A stretch of DNA of 64,000 nt from Octopus sinensis (taxonomy: Eukaryota). The translations under genes and the position numbers were made by a program. Within the stretch, counting starts at the first letter, position 1. The number at the start of each line of letters is the position of its first letter. Of this stretch, positions 49,290 to 62,905 are shown in pieces. The DNA lies in assembly GCF_006345805.1 (NCBI RefSeq), contig NW_021834251.1, positions 47,761 through 111,760 of the forward strand, written 5' to 3'. The notes under the pieces were generated by a model. The model was not told the origin of the DNA. It saw only the letters and a list, made by a program, of their open reading frames with translations, and made no database searches.

Positions 49290-49790
49290 GAAGATATAGG
49301 AAATTTAGAAATTAGAATGCATTGATTGGTATGAAGATTGGAAAGGCAGCTGGTAAATATGCAAGATTCATCAAGTTTCTCAAAAGAAGAAAACGGGTCC
49401 TATTTTGTTGGCAACTTGCAATAAAACACTTCCACGGATACACCAAATCAGATCAAATTTTTAGCATCTTGAACAATACTGTCATCATAATTTTATACAA
49501 CGTAGATGACATTACATTTCTTTGGTTTTTTTAACAAAAAAAAAAAGAAGAAATGAGTCTCCCATTTCACTTCTCTGGTTATCACTTTCATTCTTGTCAT
49601 AGACATTAATGAATCAAAAGAAATAGGATGCAGAATTATGTTTTGATCAACCTACAGCTGATTCATCATGAAGTAAGTGATTGAGAAACATGGACATTAT
49701 AGGCAACCATTTTATTTACGATTTGTTCAACAAACTTGAAGACATCATCGAGCTATTGAAAGAATGAAATCTATTGGAATCATACTTTCA
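49290..49790 (+). mobile_element. Possible highly degenerate LINE RT-proximal remnant
   Basis: NALIGMKIGKAAG resembles the LINE ALxxMKxGKAPG motif; the rest is heavily decayed. Confidence 0.3.
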
Positions 49791-49814
49791 AATTCGTTAC
49801 AAAGCCAGCAATTT

Positions 49815-49920
49815 CAGGCTCTACTGGTATTTATTATGTTGACCCCGATAGGATGAAAAGCAAAGTCAAACATGATGGAATTTGAATTTAGAAAATAAAG
49901 AAGGATGAAATGCCGCTAAG
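49815..49920 (-). mobile_element. SINE family 2, diverged fragment
   Basis: actggtatttatt..gaccccgataggatgaaaagcaaagtc..gaatttgaattt. Confidence 0.7.
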
Positions 49921-50048
49921 TTAATAGCCTTAAACTCTTGAAATATTATTCTGAAAATCGTTATTTTTTAAGCATCTAAATATAGCAAAGAATACTTATA
50001 AACATAGAAATACCCCAGACCATGCATCATAATGTTTAATATTTATAT

Positions 50049-50428
50049 TACCAACCACATGGTTCGGGGTTCAGTCCCACTGCGTGGCACCTTGGGCAAG
50101 TATCATCTACTATAGCCTCGGGCTGACCAAAGCCTTGTGAGTGGATTTGGTAGACAGAAACTGAAAGAACCCCGTCGTATATATGCGTATATATATATAT
50201 ATATGCGTGTGTGTTCGTGTATGTTTGTGTGTCTGTGTTTGTCCCCCACATCGCTTGACAACCGATGTTGGTGTGTTTACGTCCCCGTAACTTAGCGGTT
50301 CGGCACAAGAGACTGATAGAATAAGTACTAGGCTTACAAAGAATAAGTCCTGGGTTCGATTTGCTCGACTAAAGGCGATGCTCCAGAATGGCCACAGTCA
50401 AATGACAAACAAATAAAAGAGTAAAAGA
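50049..50428 (+). mobile_element. SINE family 1, slightly 5'-truncated
   Basis: Colinear with 38047-38470. Confidence 0.92.
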
Positions 50429-51058
50429 GTGTACTTTATATTGAAGAGAGATAAAATGACTTCTGTTTATGCAGCTAAATCTTGATTTTTTAGATTACGT
50501 TTCGGTTATGATCATAAATATGATCAGCGTATTTTTGGACTTCTGTAGCGTCACGTATTTCCAAGACATCGGAATAACACCTCAGTTTAAGTAATGAGTG
50601 TGGGCATATTGAAAATTAACAATCTCAGGAATAAATGTATTTCAACATGTATTAAATTTACGAAGCATTTCCATGTTTCCATTTCATTGTTTTATTTTAG
50701 CTTATAAGGAAATTTATGCACATTTTTTACGTCATTATATCGATAAGTTGCTGAAACCGATCGAATCGAGGTATTTATTTGCTTAGCCAACTAATCAGTA
50801 TTTTTTTGCCAACTTCTGAAACCATGTTGATGCGAACCAGAGAGCCAAGCCTTTACTGTATCGTACAGTTTGTTACAAATAACTGTTTAATATTCCTCAA
50901 ACGGTATTCCAAACATAAAGCTGTTTTGGGAAAACAAGGACACACTAGACGATATTTCAAGACACATTTCCTCTGAGAAAAACTGATTAAGTGATCAATG
51001 CTAGAGTACTTTTCAATATAGGTCTACACGATCAGAGCCGATAGGGATAGGCAGGAAG

Positions 51059-51089
<31 letters not shown>

Positions 51090-51637
51090 TAAAAACACGA
51101 TATTCAAAAAAATTTATTAGGTACTTTTGTTTTACTTTTTTTTTGTATTTTTCTGCACACCGGAATATCTTCTGTACTATCGCCTGATTAATGACCCACT
51201 TATGGAAATCAACGGTAACTAGGCAAATCTGAGAAGAGCAATCAGATGTTTGGTCTATAAACATAAAGGGTGCGGGTAGACAGCGGTTGGGCGTGAAGTA
51301 TGTTAAAGGAAAGCTTGCTTTGAATCCAGTGTCAATATACATTCGAAGAAATGATCTATGAATTCACGAATGTATGTGTTATATATGCCTACACACACAC
51401 AAGCACGCATACAAGTACACGAATATATACATACATACGTACATACACACACATATAAATACATATATATATATATATACCTCTATATGATCTATGTCTG
51501 TACGTATGTCTATATGTGGGGATATAAATGTGTCTGCGTATCTGTCTGTCTGTCGATCTATTTATGCACTCTACTTGGAATGTGTGGGTGCATATAAATA
51601 TATATTATATATATATATATATATATATCTAATATAT

Positions 51638-51902
51638 ACTCTTTTACTCGTTTCAGTCATTTGGCTGTGCCCATACTGGAGCACCGCCTTTAGTCGAGCA
51701 AATCGAACCCAGGACTTATTTTTGTAACCTAGTACTTATTCTATTGGTCTCTTTTGCAGAACCGCTAAGTTACGGGGACGTAAACACACCATCATTGGTT
51801 TTCAAGTGATGTTGGGAGGACACACAGACACCAAAAACACACACACACCACACACACCAACCCCAAACCCACCCACCACCACACAAACACACACACAAAC
51901 AA

Positions 51903-51944
<42 letters not shown>

Positions 51945-52074
51945 GCATATATAAGACGTCCACTAAACCCACTCATACGGCTTTAAGCGGCCCAAGGTGC
52001 CACGCAACGGAGCTGAACCCGGAACCATGTGGTCGGTAAACAAGCTACTTACCACACAGCCACTCCTACTCCTA
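51638..52074 (-). mobile_element. SINE family 1, full length with expanded internal (TG) tract
   Basis: Colinear with other copies, with part of the CORE-like region deleted. Confidence 0.88.
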
Positions 52075-52179
52075 TACCACACACCCTATATATAATATGT
52101 TTGTAGGTATGTATGTATGTATGTATATAAATAAAATATATATATATATAATATATATATATATATATTATATATATAG

Positions 52180-52212
<33 letters not shown>

Positions 52213-52240
52213 GTAGCGTAGCGCATTTAAAGGGTTACTC

Positions 52241-52302
52241 CCACGACTGCAGTTTTCTGTAATTTATATATCCACGACTGCAGTTTTCTGTAATTTATAT
52301 AT
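52241..52302. repeat. Perfect 31-bp tandem duplication
   Basis: ccacgactgcagttttctgtaatttatatat at 52241-52271 and 52272-52302. Confidence 0.95.
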
Positions 52303-52612
52303 CATGCGTGCTTATGCCTATGAATATACAAGTGGTAAAACAAATTTACGTATCTATGAAACCGTCCTTGTACATATTTGTTTTTGCGTATATGAATATA
52401 CATAACCACACACATATTTACGAGTGTGTAAACATACCTAAATACATGCGTATGTACACACATACACAAGTACATATGAATATATGTACATATATTTGCG
52501 TGTATATATATATATATAATAAATGTATGTACATGTACATATATATATATATATATATAGTATATATATATATATATATGCGATTGTATATATATATATA
52601 TATATACACATA

Positions 52613-52651
<39 letters not shown>

Positions 52652-53232
52652 GTGTTTTTTTTGTGCTTTCTTGTTTGGATTAACATATATATATATGTAT
52701 GTATGTATTGCATCCATCATACGTCCATATATCGTCTATATATTTTTCATTTGACGTGACAGTTCAATACCACTTGAAATGATACTGCAGGTGTTTATGG
52801 TTTTACACACATGAATCCATGTAATTAAACACCATCCCGACTATATGTAGTAGATTTATTTCTCTTTTGACATACTAACACACGGTTAGACATCTGCTTA
52901 ATTTTATTGATATAGCGGTACAATTACACAAGGTTTGTTGGAGTTTTCTTTTTTGTTTTTTTTTCTCTCTCTCTGTATGTTTTAACAACTATCTCTCTCC
53001 CTGAAATCATATCCTGCCGTTTTAAAATAAAGAAATATATCCGAGAAAAAACATAGTTTTTGATATATACATATATATAAAACTTCTGTCTGATCACGAT
53101 TCTAGTCGTTTTGTTTTTTTTTTCAAATATATGACTCCTGTCGCGTGGAAGTTTGGCCGTTTTGTATTTGTATGTTGGAAGAATATAAATAAGAAATTGC
53201 AAACAAGATGCTTTAATCGTCCCAAACAAGGC

Positions 53233-53620
53233 GATGATGATGATGATGATGATGATGGTGATGATGACGACGATGATGTTGACGATGATGATGATGATGA
53301 TGAAGATGACGGCGATGATGATGATGATGACGACGACGACGATGATGATGATGATGATGATGATGACGGCCATGGTGATGATGATGATGATGATGATGAT
53401 TATGATGATGACGATGATGATGATGACGACAACGATGACGACAACGACGACGACGGTGACGATGATGATGATGATGCCTCTACGACGACGACGGCAATGG
53501 CAATGAATATGTTGATGAGGATGACGACAACGACGAAGACAACAATGAGAGTGATGATGATGAGGAGGATGATAATGATGATGATGAGGAGGAGGAGGAG
53601 GAGGAGGAGGAGGAGGATTT
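53233..53620. repeat. (GAT)n/(GAC)n/(GAG)n degenerate microsatellite
   Basis: Direct reading. Confidence 0.94.
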
Positions 53621-53932
53621 AGGTTAAGAGTAACCAAAGAATGGGACTTTCAGTTCGTTTTTTTCCTTGATGTTAGCAAAGACGTCTGTTAATGGCCTCC
53701 AAGCTATAAACTGTAGTGTGGCCTTTTTTGCGTTTTAAATGGAATAATATGAATAAGAAATTCCGAGCGAGACACTTTAATCGTCCCAAACAAGGCTACG
53801 CAATACTCAGCAACTCAAGTTTTTCAAAAAGGTACAAAAGAAATAAAATAAAAAATGAAAATAAAATTACTTGCTCCTGAATCAAGCAAAGATGGCTGAC
53901 AGTTGTAAGTCAGAATAAGGAGTAAAAGTTTC

Positions 53933-54011
<79 letters not shown>

Positions 54012-54546
54012 GAGGGAGAGAGGGTGAGAGAGAGAGAGAGAGAGATGCAGAAAGACATGTGTGTACATAAAAAATCATATAAAAACATTTGAACAATTAT
54101 TAAACAATCATTTAAAAAAAAATAAGGAATGAAAAATAAGAAATGAAAAATAAACTAAACAAGAAAAGAAAAATAAACCAATTTTTTAAAATATTAAAAT
54201 AAAATTAAAATAAAAAGGTAAAAAAAATAATATCTGAAATTTTTAATGTTAATGAAATATTTATAATTGAATGAAGAACGATGTGAGAAAATTTCAACCT
54301 GTCATCAAAAGGGGAGAAAAAAAAAAGAAAAAAGTACATAAAGAAGAACATTATATAATATAAAACCCGTTGGCAAATTGTAATGTCTGACGTGGGAATA
54401 TCGATAAATGTGGGACTTACTAGCCACGGATCAGCCAGAACCGGCATCACCAGGGCTGATCTTAGACCGGAGAAGTACAAAAACCGGTTAAAATATATAT
54501 ATATATATTATGCACAGGAAAGAAAGAAAGAACAATTGGCGATTTA

Positions 54547-54547
<1 letters not shown>

Positions 54548-54597
<50 letters not shown>

Positions 54598-54688
54598 GCT
54601 ACTACTACTACTACTACTACTACTGGTACTACTACTGCTGCTGCTACTGCTACTGGTACTGCTACTGCTGCTACTACTACTACTACTT

Positions 54689-54721
<33 letters not shown>

Positions 54722-54826
54722 TTACTTTTGGTAATTCTACACCTGCTGACATTTCTGTTGCTGTTGGTGATGCTCGTGTTGTTGGTGTTTCTGCATCCAA
54801 TATTATTGTTGTTATTGTTGTTGCTG

Positions 54827-54869
<43 letters not shown>

Positions 54870-54924
54870 TGTTGATATTCAAACTACTGACGCTAGTACA
54901 TTAGCAACAGCAGTAGCTGCAACT

Positions 54925-54957
<33 letters not shown>

Positions 54958-55095
54958 AAGAAGAAGAAGAAGAAGAAGAAGAAGAAGAAAAAGAAGAAGA
55001 AGAAGAAGAAGAAGAAGAAGAAGAAGAAGAAGAAGAAGAAGAAGAAGAAGAAGAAGAAGAAGAAGAAGAAGAAGAAGAAGAAGAAGAAGACGAAG
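54548..55095. repeat. Compound (CTA)n, (TTA)n, (GTA)n, (GAA)n trinucleotide tract
   Basis: Direct reading; the poly-K/F/S/Y/V ORFs are artefacts. Confidence 0.96.
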
Positions 55096-55558
55096 AATTT
55101 CCGAGGAAATGTTTCAGATAGTGGAGTGGAGTATATATCGACGAGTGAAAGAAAGAAAGAAGAAAACCCCCGCGCCTCTCCACCTGCCCCCAAAACACTA
55201 TTTGGGGGCTGAGATTTTGTTTAAAAAAACTTAAGTGTCCGCACATGTTTGATATTCGAACGTACATGCTACTGTCTGAAGATCTCTTACCGATCCCATT
55301 TTGCACGGAAAACTGTCCACTTGAAAAATAAATTTTAAAAAGATGGGAACTAGAGGGGCTTATTTAAATGCCTGCTGGACTTAACGTATTGATTATGACG
55401 TCTGTGTCTGTAGGGCGAAATACCGGTTTCAGCTTCTCTTCGAATTCATTCAGATGTTTCCTAACTGAAACATGGCTCGTGATAATTAATGGAATGGTAT
55501 TACAGCAATCTCCTGGGCCGCAAGGGCTATGCAATGAAACTGCGTTTTACGTTATGTA

Positions 55559-55637
<79 letters not shown>

Positions 55638-55659
55638 TATATATAAAATATATATATAA

Positions 55660-55709
<50 letters not shown>

Positions 55710-56581
55710 TAATTTCTGAAGTTGTGTGAACGCGGTGGAAGTGTCCAATTCCTTTTATATCTGAAAATACAACTACTAAATAATCGCTAGCAGTGAAAAG
55801 GGAACGAACATGTGTACAAAATCTTTCCTTGTCAGTGTATAGCTCATTCTCGCGCTCAAGACTATTATATCGCTTCCACAAGGCCACCTATGACATCAGT
55901 TTCGAGCAGAGGCATGCTTGCATGAAATGGATCAGGGAGACGTATGGTACACATCGGTTCTGAATAAACACCTACTGGCATATGGATATTTTCTTACCAC
56001 TCATGAATTGAGATCCCTTCTAAGGGTTACTTAGAGTTGACAGACGATGCGCTTTGCACAAATCGCATATGTATTAAGCCCTCATGTGCCACATTATTTT
56101 TCTTTCATTTATTGGGTAAATAATTCCTTTAAGTGTGCGATTGACCACCATGGGAATGTGAACGTACGAATAGCATGAATAAGTCAACACACCAACAGCC
56201 ATAAAATACCCACAAGATCTGTGACCCTAAATTCAGATGACAAACTGAACAAGTCATCAATAATCTTTCAGAAGACAACTAACCTCAACCAATAGAGATT
56301 AAGTCAATGTACATAGTGACACAGGTGACTACTGGACGATGCACGAATATATGAACTGGAGGGGACCTTTCATTTCTAGTCGAGAAAATCTTTGAGTTGA
56401 ATCAAGTGAAAAGGAAAGAAAACTTCACATCACAGAAGAATAAAAAATGTAATTGAAAATGACTCGGATTTTTCATGAACTAGAGAATATATGTTGTATA
56501 GAAATGAATTTGAAAGGCATATAGTGCTGTAATTCTAGCCAGGATATCTCTAACTCCTGATTACGAATATACATATTCACA

Positions 56582-57200
56582 AGGCAACTAACTGGCAGAA
56601 ACGTTAGCACGCCGGGCGAAATGCTTAGTGGTATTTCGTCTGTCTTTATGTTCTGAGTTCAAATTCCGCTGAGGTCGACTTTGCCTTTTATCCTTTCGGG
56701 GTCGATTAAATAAGTACCAGTTACGCACTGGAGTCCATATAATCGACTTAATCCGTTTGGCTGCCCTTGTTTGTCCTCTCTGTGGTTAGCCCCTTGTGGG
56801 TAGTAAAGAAATAGGTATTTCGTCTGCCGCTACGTTCTGAGTTCAAATTCCGCCGAGGTCGACTTTGCTTTTCATCATTTTGGGGTCGATAAATTAAGTA
56901 CCATTTACAAACTGGGGTCGATGTAACCGACTTAATCCCTTTCTCTGTCCTTGTTTGTCCCCTCTAAGTTTAGACCCTTGTGGGCAATAAAGAAATAAGA
57001 AATGTTAGCACGTCAGGCGAAATGCGTAGCGGTATTTCGCCTGTCTCTACGTTCTCAGTTCAAATTACACCGAAGTCATCTTTGCCTTTCATCCTTTCGG
57101 GGTTGATAAATTAAGTACCAGTTGCCTATTGGGGTCGATCTAATCGAATGGCCCCCTCCCCCAAAATTTCGTCCCTTGTGCCTAGAGTAGAAAAGAATAA
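56582..57200 (+). mobile_element. SINE family 2 head-to-tail trimer
   Basis: agttcaaatt recurs at ~56656, 56840 and 57057; unit 2 begins at tatttcgtc; unit 3 has a partial head and the short tail. Confidence 0.93.
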
Positions 57201-58561
57201 ATAACTTCTGTTTTGTTTTGGCTTTATGACAGATAGAGAGTTATATACTGAAGAGACCATACAAGAAAAACTAGAAATCAGTCAAGCCTCTTGATGGTTT
57301 GGTTAACTTACATCTAAATTCGAATCTTATGGTGATGATTATTGGAATATAATGCAGTCAGCTCTGTGATAAATCTATGACGGGTTATTATAGCGTATTT
57401 TTCCACTGGATCGGGATTTTAATGACGTTCCAGAAAACTAGATCAGATAGTAAACTCTCAACCATCAAATAACCAGTTCTGAAAGACAATAATTTGGGAT
57501 TGAGAAAATAGGGATTTAAGAAATTTCTCTATTTTGCAGTCACTTTTTGGAGCAGATGGATTAAAATAGCCCCGATAATAATTTCAAATAGGGGTCTATG
57601 AATGTAAAGTAAAGACATATTCATACTCATGACATTGACATCGTTTAGGAACTTTAAATGCTTCATCAGGAATATGATCTAAAGTGTGTCCAAGGTTCTT
57701 AAAGAAGTTATATTTAACTCTAAAGAAATACTTACTAAGTGTTATAAATATAACATCAGAAGAGCTTTTGGCGAGGCGGAGTTTACATTACATTGTAACA
57801 CTTCAAACTTTTGCATGTCGAGGCAAGTAGAGATTAGAGTATCACCCAAACAAAATCCCAGCTCATTAATTCTTATCTTGATCTCTAAGATAAAGATTCG
57901 TTGACCTTTATCGTGATAAAATTTCCTGCAAACTATTGCGTCTGGAAGTCCTTCGGTTACGTTCCAGCAAAACATTAGGTATACTGGATTAAAAGCTACA
58001 ATCTGATAAGCCATCAGATTAAAAATCTGCTATAGAAACGATAAAAAGATATAGCGTGGATATAAACTGTAGTATTCATAAGTTCAGCAACACGAAGTCT
58101 ACGCTAAATCTATGATTGAAAGATCAGTAGAGTTTAATCGCGGATATTTCGTAGCCATTTGATTAAGGAATGATTAAAATAGATGTGTTTTTTTTTTATG
58201 CTTTCTATATTTATTTTTCATCAAGGCAAAGTTCTGCCGTTTATGGTATTGTCATGTCTACTGATAGTGACTCGAATCGATTGACGAATCAAAGACATGG
58301 GAGAAAAAAAAAACTACCACCAAAATTTAAATAATAAAAACAAGAAGATATATTTGCCTTTTGCGCTATCATTTATTTGCCATTTGACAGAGTATAGGTG
58401 GTTGTTTGTATGGGTATTTAGATATGCTTGTGTGTGTATGAGACAGGGAGAGAGAGAGAGACAGAGAGAGACAGAGAGAGACAGACAGAAAGAAAGAAAG
58501 AGAAAGATAGAGAAAAAGAGTGAGAAAGAGAAAGAACATGTCTCAAGATATACACATCTAA

Positions 58562-58755
58562 AGGCAGTGAGCTGTTAGAATCGTTAGTACTCCGGTCACA
58601 AAGCTTAGCAGCGTTTCATCCACCTTCACCTCCCAAGTTCCATTTCCGCTGAGGTCGACTTTCTCTTTCATCCTTTTAGGGGCCGATAAATTAATTACTA
58701 ACTTTCCTGCACCTCCCGAAATTGCTTGCCTTGCGCCAAAATTTGACACCAATAT
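58562..58755 (+). mobile_element. SINE family 2, diverged monomer
   Basis: ggcagtgagctgttagaatcgttag...ccgctgaggtcgactttctctttcatcc...ccttgcgccaaaatttga. Confidence 0.75.
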
Positions 58756-59009
58756 ATACACATTCGAAAATGTCTATGCTCAAAATTAATAGAAACGGAT
58801 CAATTTGGAGTAAAAAAAGAAACGTTAAGCATAAATTGCACATAATTTTGTTAAGGTTCCATGGCTTTTTCTAAAGAATAAGACATCAGCAATTATATAA
58901 CTACGTATTTTACATAATTTTAAGATGAGGCATTACGAATATCTTCCGGGGAATTGAATTAAAAAAAAACTGTTGCTCTCTATGATCTTGTAAAAGATTT
59001 TGTATATGC

Positions 59010-59580
59010 AGGCAAGAGGGAGTACCCAAATGTAAGTGGAAGCTTTCCCTGTGAGATGAGCCCTTTGTAGTTCAGGCTTCCGCCGCTAGAAACCACTTGA
59101 TGCGTCACTTCAGTATAAATCTACCAACCGGTGTCTTATAGTCAGGTTGTACTGTCACGTGGTGCGTCTCTGTTTTGCAGTGCTTCTCCTCTATTCATTG
59201 ATGTTTGCTAGTTGAAATGAAGGAACAGCGTACTTCCGTGAAATTCTGTTTTCTGCAGGGAAAATCGGCCTCCGAAACCGTTGTCATGCTTCGAACAGCG
59301 TACAAGGACGCTGTTATGAGCAAAGCACAAATTTACGAGTGGTTTCCACGCTTTATGAATGGTAACGTGTCGCTTGAAGACCAATCTCGTTCAATGCGAG
59401 CGTCGACCTCCCGAACGAATGAAAATATCACGAAAATTCATGAAGTGATCTTGGAGGACCGTCGCCAAAAAATTGAGGAACTTGTTATGACTGGTATGTT
59501 TTGGAGCTCCTGCCAACGAATTTTGAGCGAGGAATCTCGAATGAAATGACTTGTGGCACAAATTTGTGCCGCATTTTCAG
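59010..59580 (+). mobile_element. mariner transposon, 5' part (left TIR remnant and N-terminal HTH of transposase)
   Basis: EQRTSVKFCFLQGKSASETVVMLRTAYKDAVMSKAQIYEWF.RF..G..SLED..RS.R.STS..ENI.KI..VI.EDRR; TIR-like gagggagtacccaaa at ~59014. Confidence 0.9.
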
Positions 59581-59770
59581 CGCTTTCTTCCGTTACGAAT
59601 TTACCAAAAAATTGTTTGAAGTCAGATTTCTTGGCCTTTTTATAAATATACAGAATTTTGTGGGGTTTGTCAAGTAGAAATGAATTTTTTTTTATTTCTT
59701 CTCCCTTGCTTGGCATACCCCACAAAATTATTTATATATATAAAAAAGCCAAGAAATCTAAATTTAAAAC

Positions 59771-60103
59771 GTCTGGCAAGTGTCTTCTACTATAGCATGG
59801 ACCGACAAAATCCTTGTGAGTGGATTTGGTAGACGAAAACTGAAAGCAACTCGTCGCATATGTGTGTGTGTGAGTGTGAGTGTATGTGTGTGAGTGTGAG
59901 TGTATGTGTGAGTGTCTGTGTTGTCCCCCCAACCATCGTTTGTCAACCGATGTTTATGTGTTTACATCTCCGTAACTTAGCGGTTCAGCAACACTGAGCG
60001 ATATAATTTGTACTAGGCTTACAGAGAATAAGACCTGGAGTCAATTTCTGCGACTAAAACCCTTTTAGGTGGTGCTCCAACATAGAATAAAAGAATAAAA
60101 GAG
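59771..60103 (+). mobile_element. SINE family 1, 5'-truncated
   Basis: ggcaagtgtcttctactatagc ... ggtggtgctccaacat, tail agaataaaagaataaaag. Confidence 0.85.
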
Positions 60104-60867
60104 TATCAACATGGCGAATTTGGGGTGAAAGGTAGAAGGGGTTTTCAGATGCTAAATGTCTTACAGATGTAAAACATTCTCAAATGTGATGTTTCTTCAA
60201 GCTGCAGTGAATGGAGAACTTAACAGAAATTGGATTTCATAATTAGCCCTTGTAGGAACTGAAATCTAGATTTTCGATGCCCGCCATGTATCAGGATGTG
60301 TTGAGTTCAATACATCAATACAGTAATGATTTATCACCGAACCAGAAGGCCACAAATTACAGTGGTTGCATACATTCAACAAAATCATAGAGTATAATTG
60401 ATGTTAGTGTATAATTGATAGTATTTTTATCGATACGAGAAAGATGAAAAGAAAGGCCGAAAAAATTGATTCCAGAAAAAATTCGCAACCAAATGAAAAA
60501 GCTACGAAAAAGGAAAATGTAGAAAATACTAACGAAGAAAATAACTTGTGAGTTCATCTTTCGTTTTTACCACACCATTACTGCTTTACCCTGGTTAAAA
60601 TGATATTGATTTGTGATAATGGAGCAAATCGATATGTTCTGCTGTATTTAATTTTTCTTTTTTTTTTTTCATTTTTTGTTAACACTTCAAACCCCACGAA
60701 CCGCATTTTAATGATTGAATAAATCTGTTTTTCTTTTGTTGTTTTTTTTTGTTTTTTTTTTTGCTTTTCAATTTTGTTATGACATAATCTGTTGAAGGAG
60801 GGTCCTGCCACGCCACTTTTTGCCTTGTCTCTCAGAAAGAGTGAAAGAAATCCTGACACAAGGGCTC

Positions 60868-61080
60868 TTTACTCTTTTACTCATTTACTTGTTTCAGTCA
60901 TTTGACTGTGGCCATGCTATAGCACCGCCTTTAGTCGATCAAATCAACCCTAGGACTTATTCTTTGCAAGCTTAGTACTTATTCTACCGGTTTCTTTTGC
61001 CGAACCTCTAAGTTACAGAGACGTAAACACGCCAGTATCGGTTGTCAAGCGATGTTGGAGGGACAAAAACAGACAAACAA
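60868..61080 (-). mobile_element. SINE family 1, 3' half
   Basis: tacttgtttcagtcatttgactgtggccatgctatagcaccgcctt. Confidence 0.9.
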
Positions 61081-62494
61081 ACCTCTCCACGCAACACTTA
61101 TTATCGCGCGCACACACACACATTCATATATATGTGTGTGTGTGTGCGTTTTTATGTGTCTTTTAGCTTTTCTATATTTATACACATCAAGTGAACCAAT
61201 TAAACAACACTGTCTGGTTGTTCAATTTGCTAGAAGTAACAGCCAAATGTCTCTCAAACTATGCTCTTGTTAGTATTAAGGAAAAGGAAGAATAGAATTA
61301 ATATTGTTGAACTTTTTCGTCTCTATAAATTCAATTTTCTATTAAATGCTTTCGTCCATTACTTGAAACAAGAAGAAAAAATTGGAAAATTCCTGACAAA
61401 AAAGAGAAACTGTAACTCTACAAAAATATAGAAAAAGAAAATATATTCGAAAGCCTAAAGTTGTTTTTTTTTTATGTGAGATGTAATTTTAAAATTAAAA
61501 CAAGTAAACAATTTAAACTTCGGACATGAGACTTAACATGTTATCTAGTGTACGGCCGAATTCAAACGGGTGGAAGATCTAAAACAAATACGTGTGTGTT
61601 TGGGCCTGTAATAGGCAGGGGTCAATTTCATTTCAATTGTAGAAAAGAATTCAAATATCTATCAGCCATTCCTTCTCACTCTTTCTCTCTTTCTCTCTCT
61701 CACTTTCTCTCTCCTTTGCTCCATATACGCGTCAAATTTAAGTATTCTCATATTCTCATTAATCTCTTTTCTACTTCGGTAGCCCAGTAGGTATGGATTT
61801 GAGAAGTAGTAATACAATAGGTGGTAGTTTCAAATCTCTTACAGAAATTACAAGAGATCTAGTTAAAAATTTCTATTTAAGCAACAAAATTTCTGTCAAG
61901 ACGTTCTTTCTCTTAAGCGTGACACACGCGTCAGGTACGTACAAAAAACAAATTGGTGTATTGTTATTATTAATGATTTCATGAAATCAATTGTTCATTT
62001 CATGATAAATTCCTTCTTATTTGGGGATCAAAGATAAAATTATTTTGGATAGTTACGATTTCGTTTTCCAACTAAGGGTAATTTTAAACTTATCGGGAGT
62101 TTTTCTGTTTATCTATCTATCTCTGTGTGTATGTATGATCCACTTCACGAATGTGTTTGGTTTATTTGTAGATGTGTTTGTGTATGTAATTTTTCCTCTC
62201 CTTGTGTATATCATATTAATATAGAAATCAGTCATAAAAAAAGCAACAGCTAAAGTTTTATTTTTTAAACAGGTAAGAATAAATAGCTACTTCAAAAATA
62301 ATTAATTGAATCAATTATAAATATATAAATAATACACACGCTATATGTACATGATATATAAACACAGAAATTTTGAATGAAAAATAAAGGACGAGAAATG
62401 AGAGTATCGAATAACTGTATGAGAGAATGGTAAACCAATAGACTCGACAACAATAACATCAACTATAGAAAAAATTTAAAGGAATTAACAACAT

Positions 62495-62905
62495 AGTCGC
62501 AGGAGAGGCTGTGTGATAAGTAGCTTGTTTACTAACCACATGGTTCCGGGTTCAGTCCCACTGCATGGCACCTTGGGCAAGTGTCTTCTACTATAGCCTC
62601 GGGCCGACCAAAGCCTTGTGAGTGGATTTGGTAGACGGAAACCGAAAGAAGCCCGTCGTATATATGTATATATATATGTATGTGCGTGCATGTTTGTGTA
62701 TCTGTGTTTGTCCCCCTAGCATTGCTTGACAACCGATGCTGGTGTGTTTATGTCCCCGTCACTTAGCGGTTCGGCAAAAGAGACCGATAGAATAATTACT
62801 GGGCTTACAAAAAGAATAAGTCCCGGTGTCGAGTTGCTCGATTAAAGGCGGTGCTTCAGCATGGCCGCAGTCAAAATGACTCGAACAAGTAAAAAGAAAA
62901 AGAAA
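62495..62905 (+). mobile_element. SINE family 1, full length
   Basis: Colinear with 38047-38470; explains ORFs 62485..62691 and 62532..62732. Confidence 0.93.

Noticed and set aside
4307-50770. Other + strand AG..GT segments: 4307-4411 (RYHSNWKDTYGTDVVVFDLVK..), ~7350-7415, ~10025-10137, 12160-12309, 12930-13016, 45801-45848 (LDCSQKSFYYARYWSL), 50701-50770 (YKEIYAHFLRHYIDKLLKPIES)
   Set aside because: Plausible splice signals, but no consistent reading-frame chain or recognisable domain; several contain stops in all frames.
53131-55306. Poly-Asp, poly-Lys, poly-Ser, poly-Phe and poly-Val ORFs
   Set aside because: Pure trinucleotide microsatellites.
57742-58014. 90-codon minus-strand ORF with a strong donor nearby (57735)
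   Set aside because: A stop precedes the donor in the open frame; no recognised homology.
7553-62732. Recurrent ORFs containing GRPEAIVEDTCPRCHAVGLNPEPCG and FRLPNPLTRLWSARGYSRRHLPK, resembling a gene family
   Set aside because: All are translations of SINE family 1 copies.
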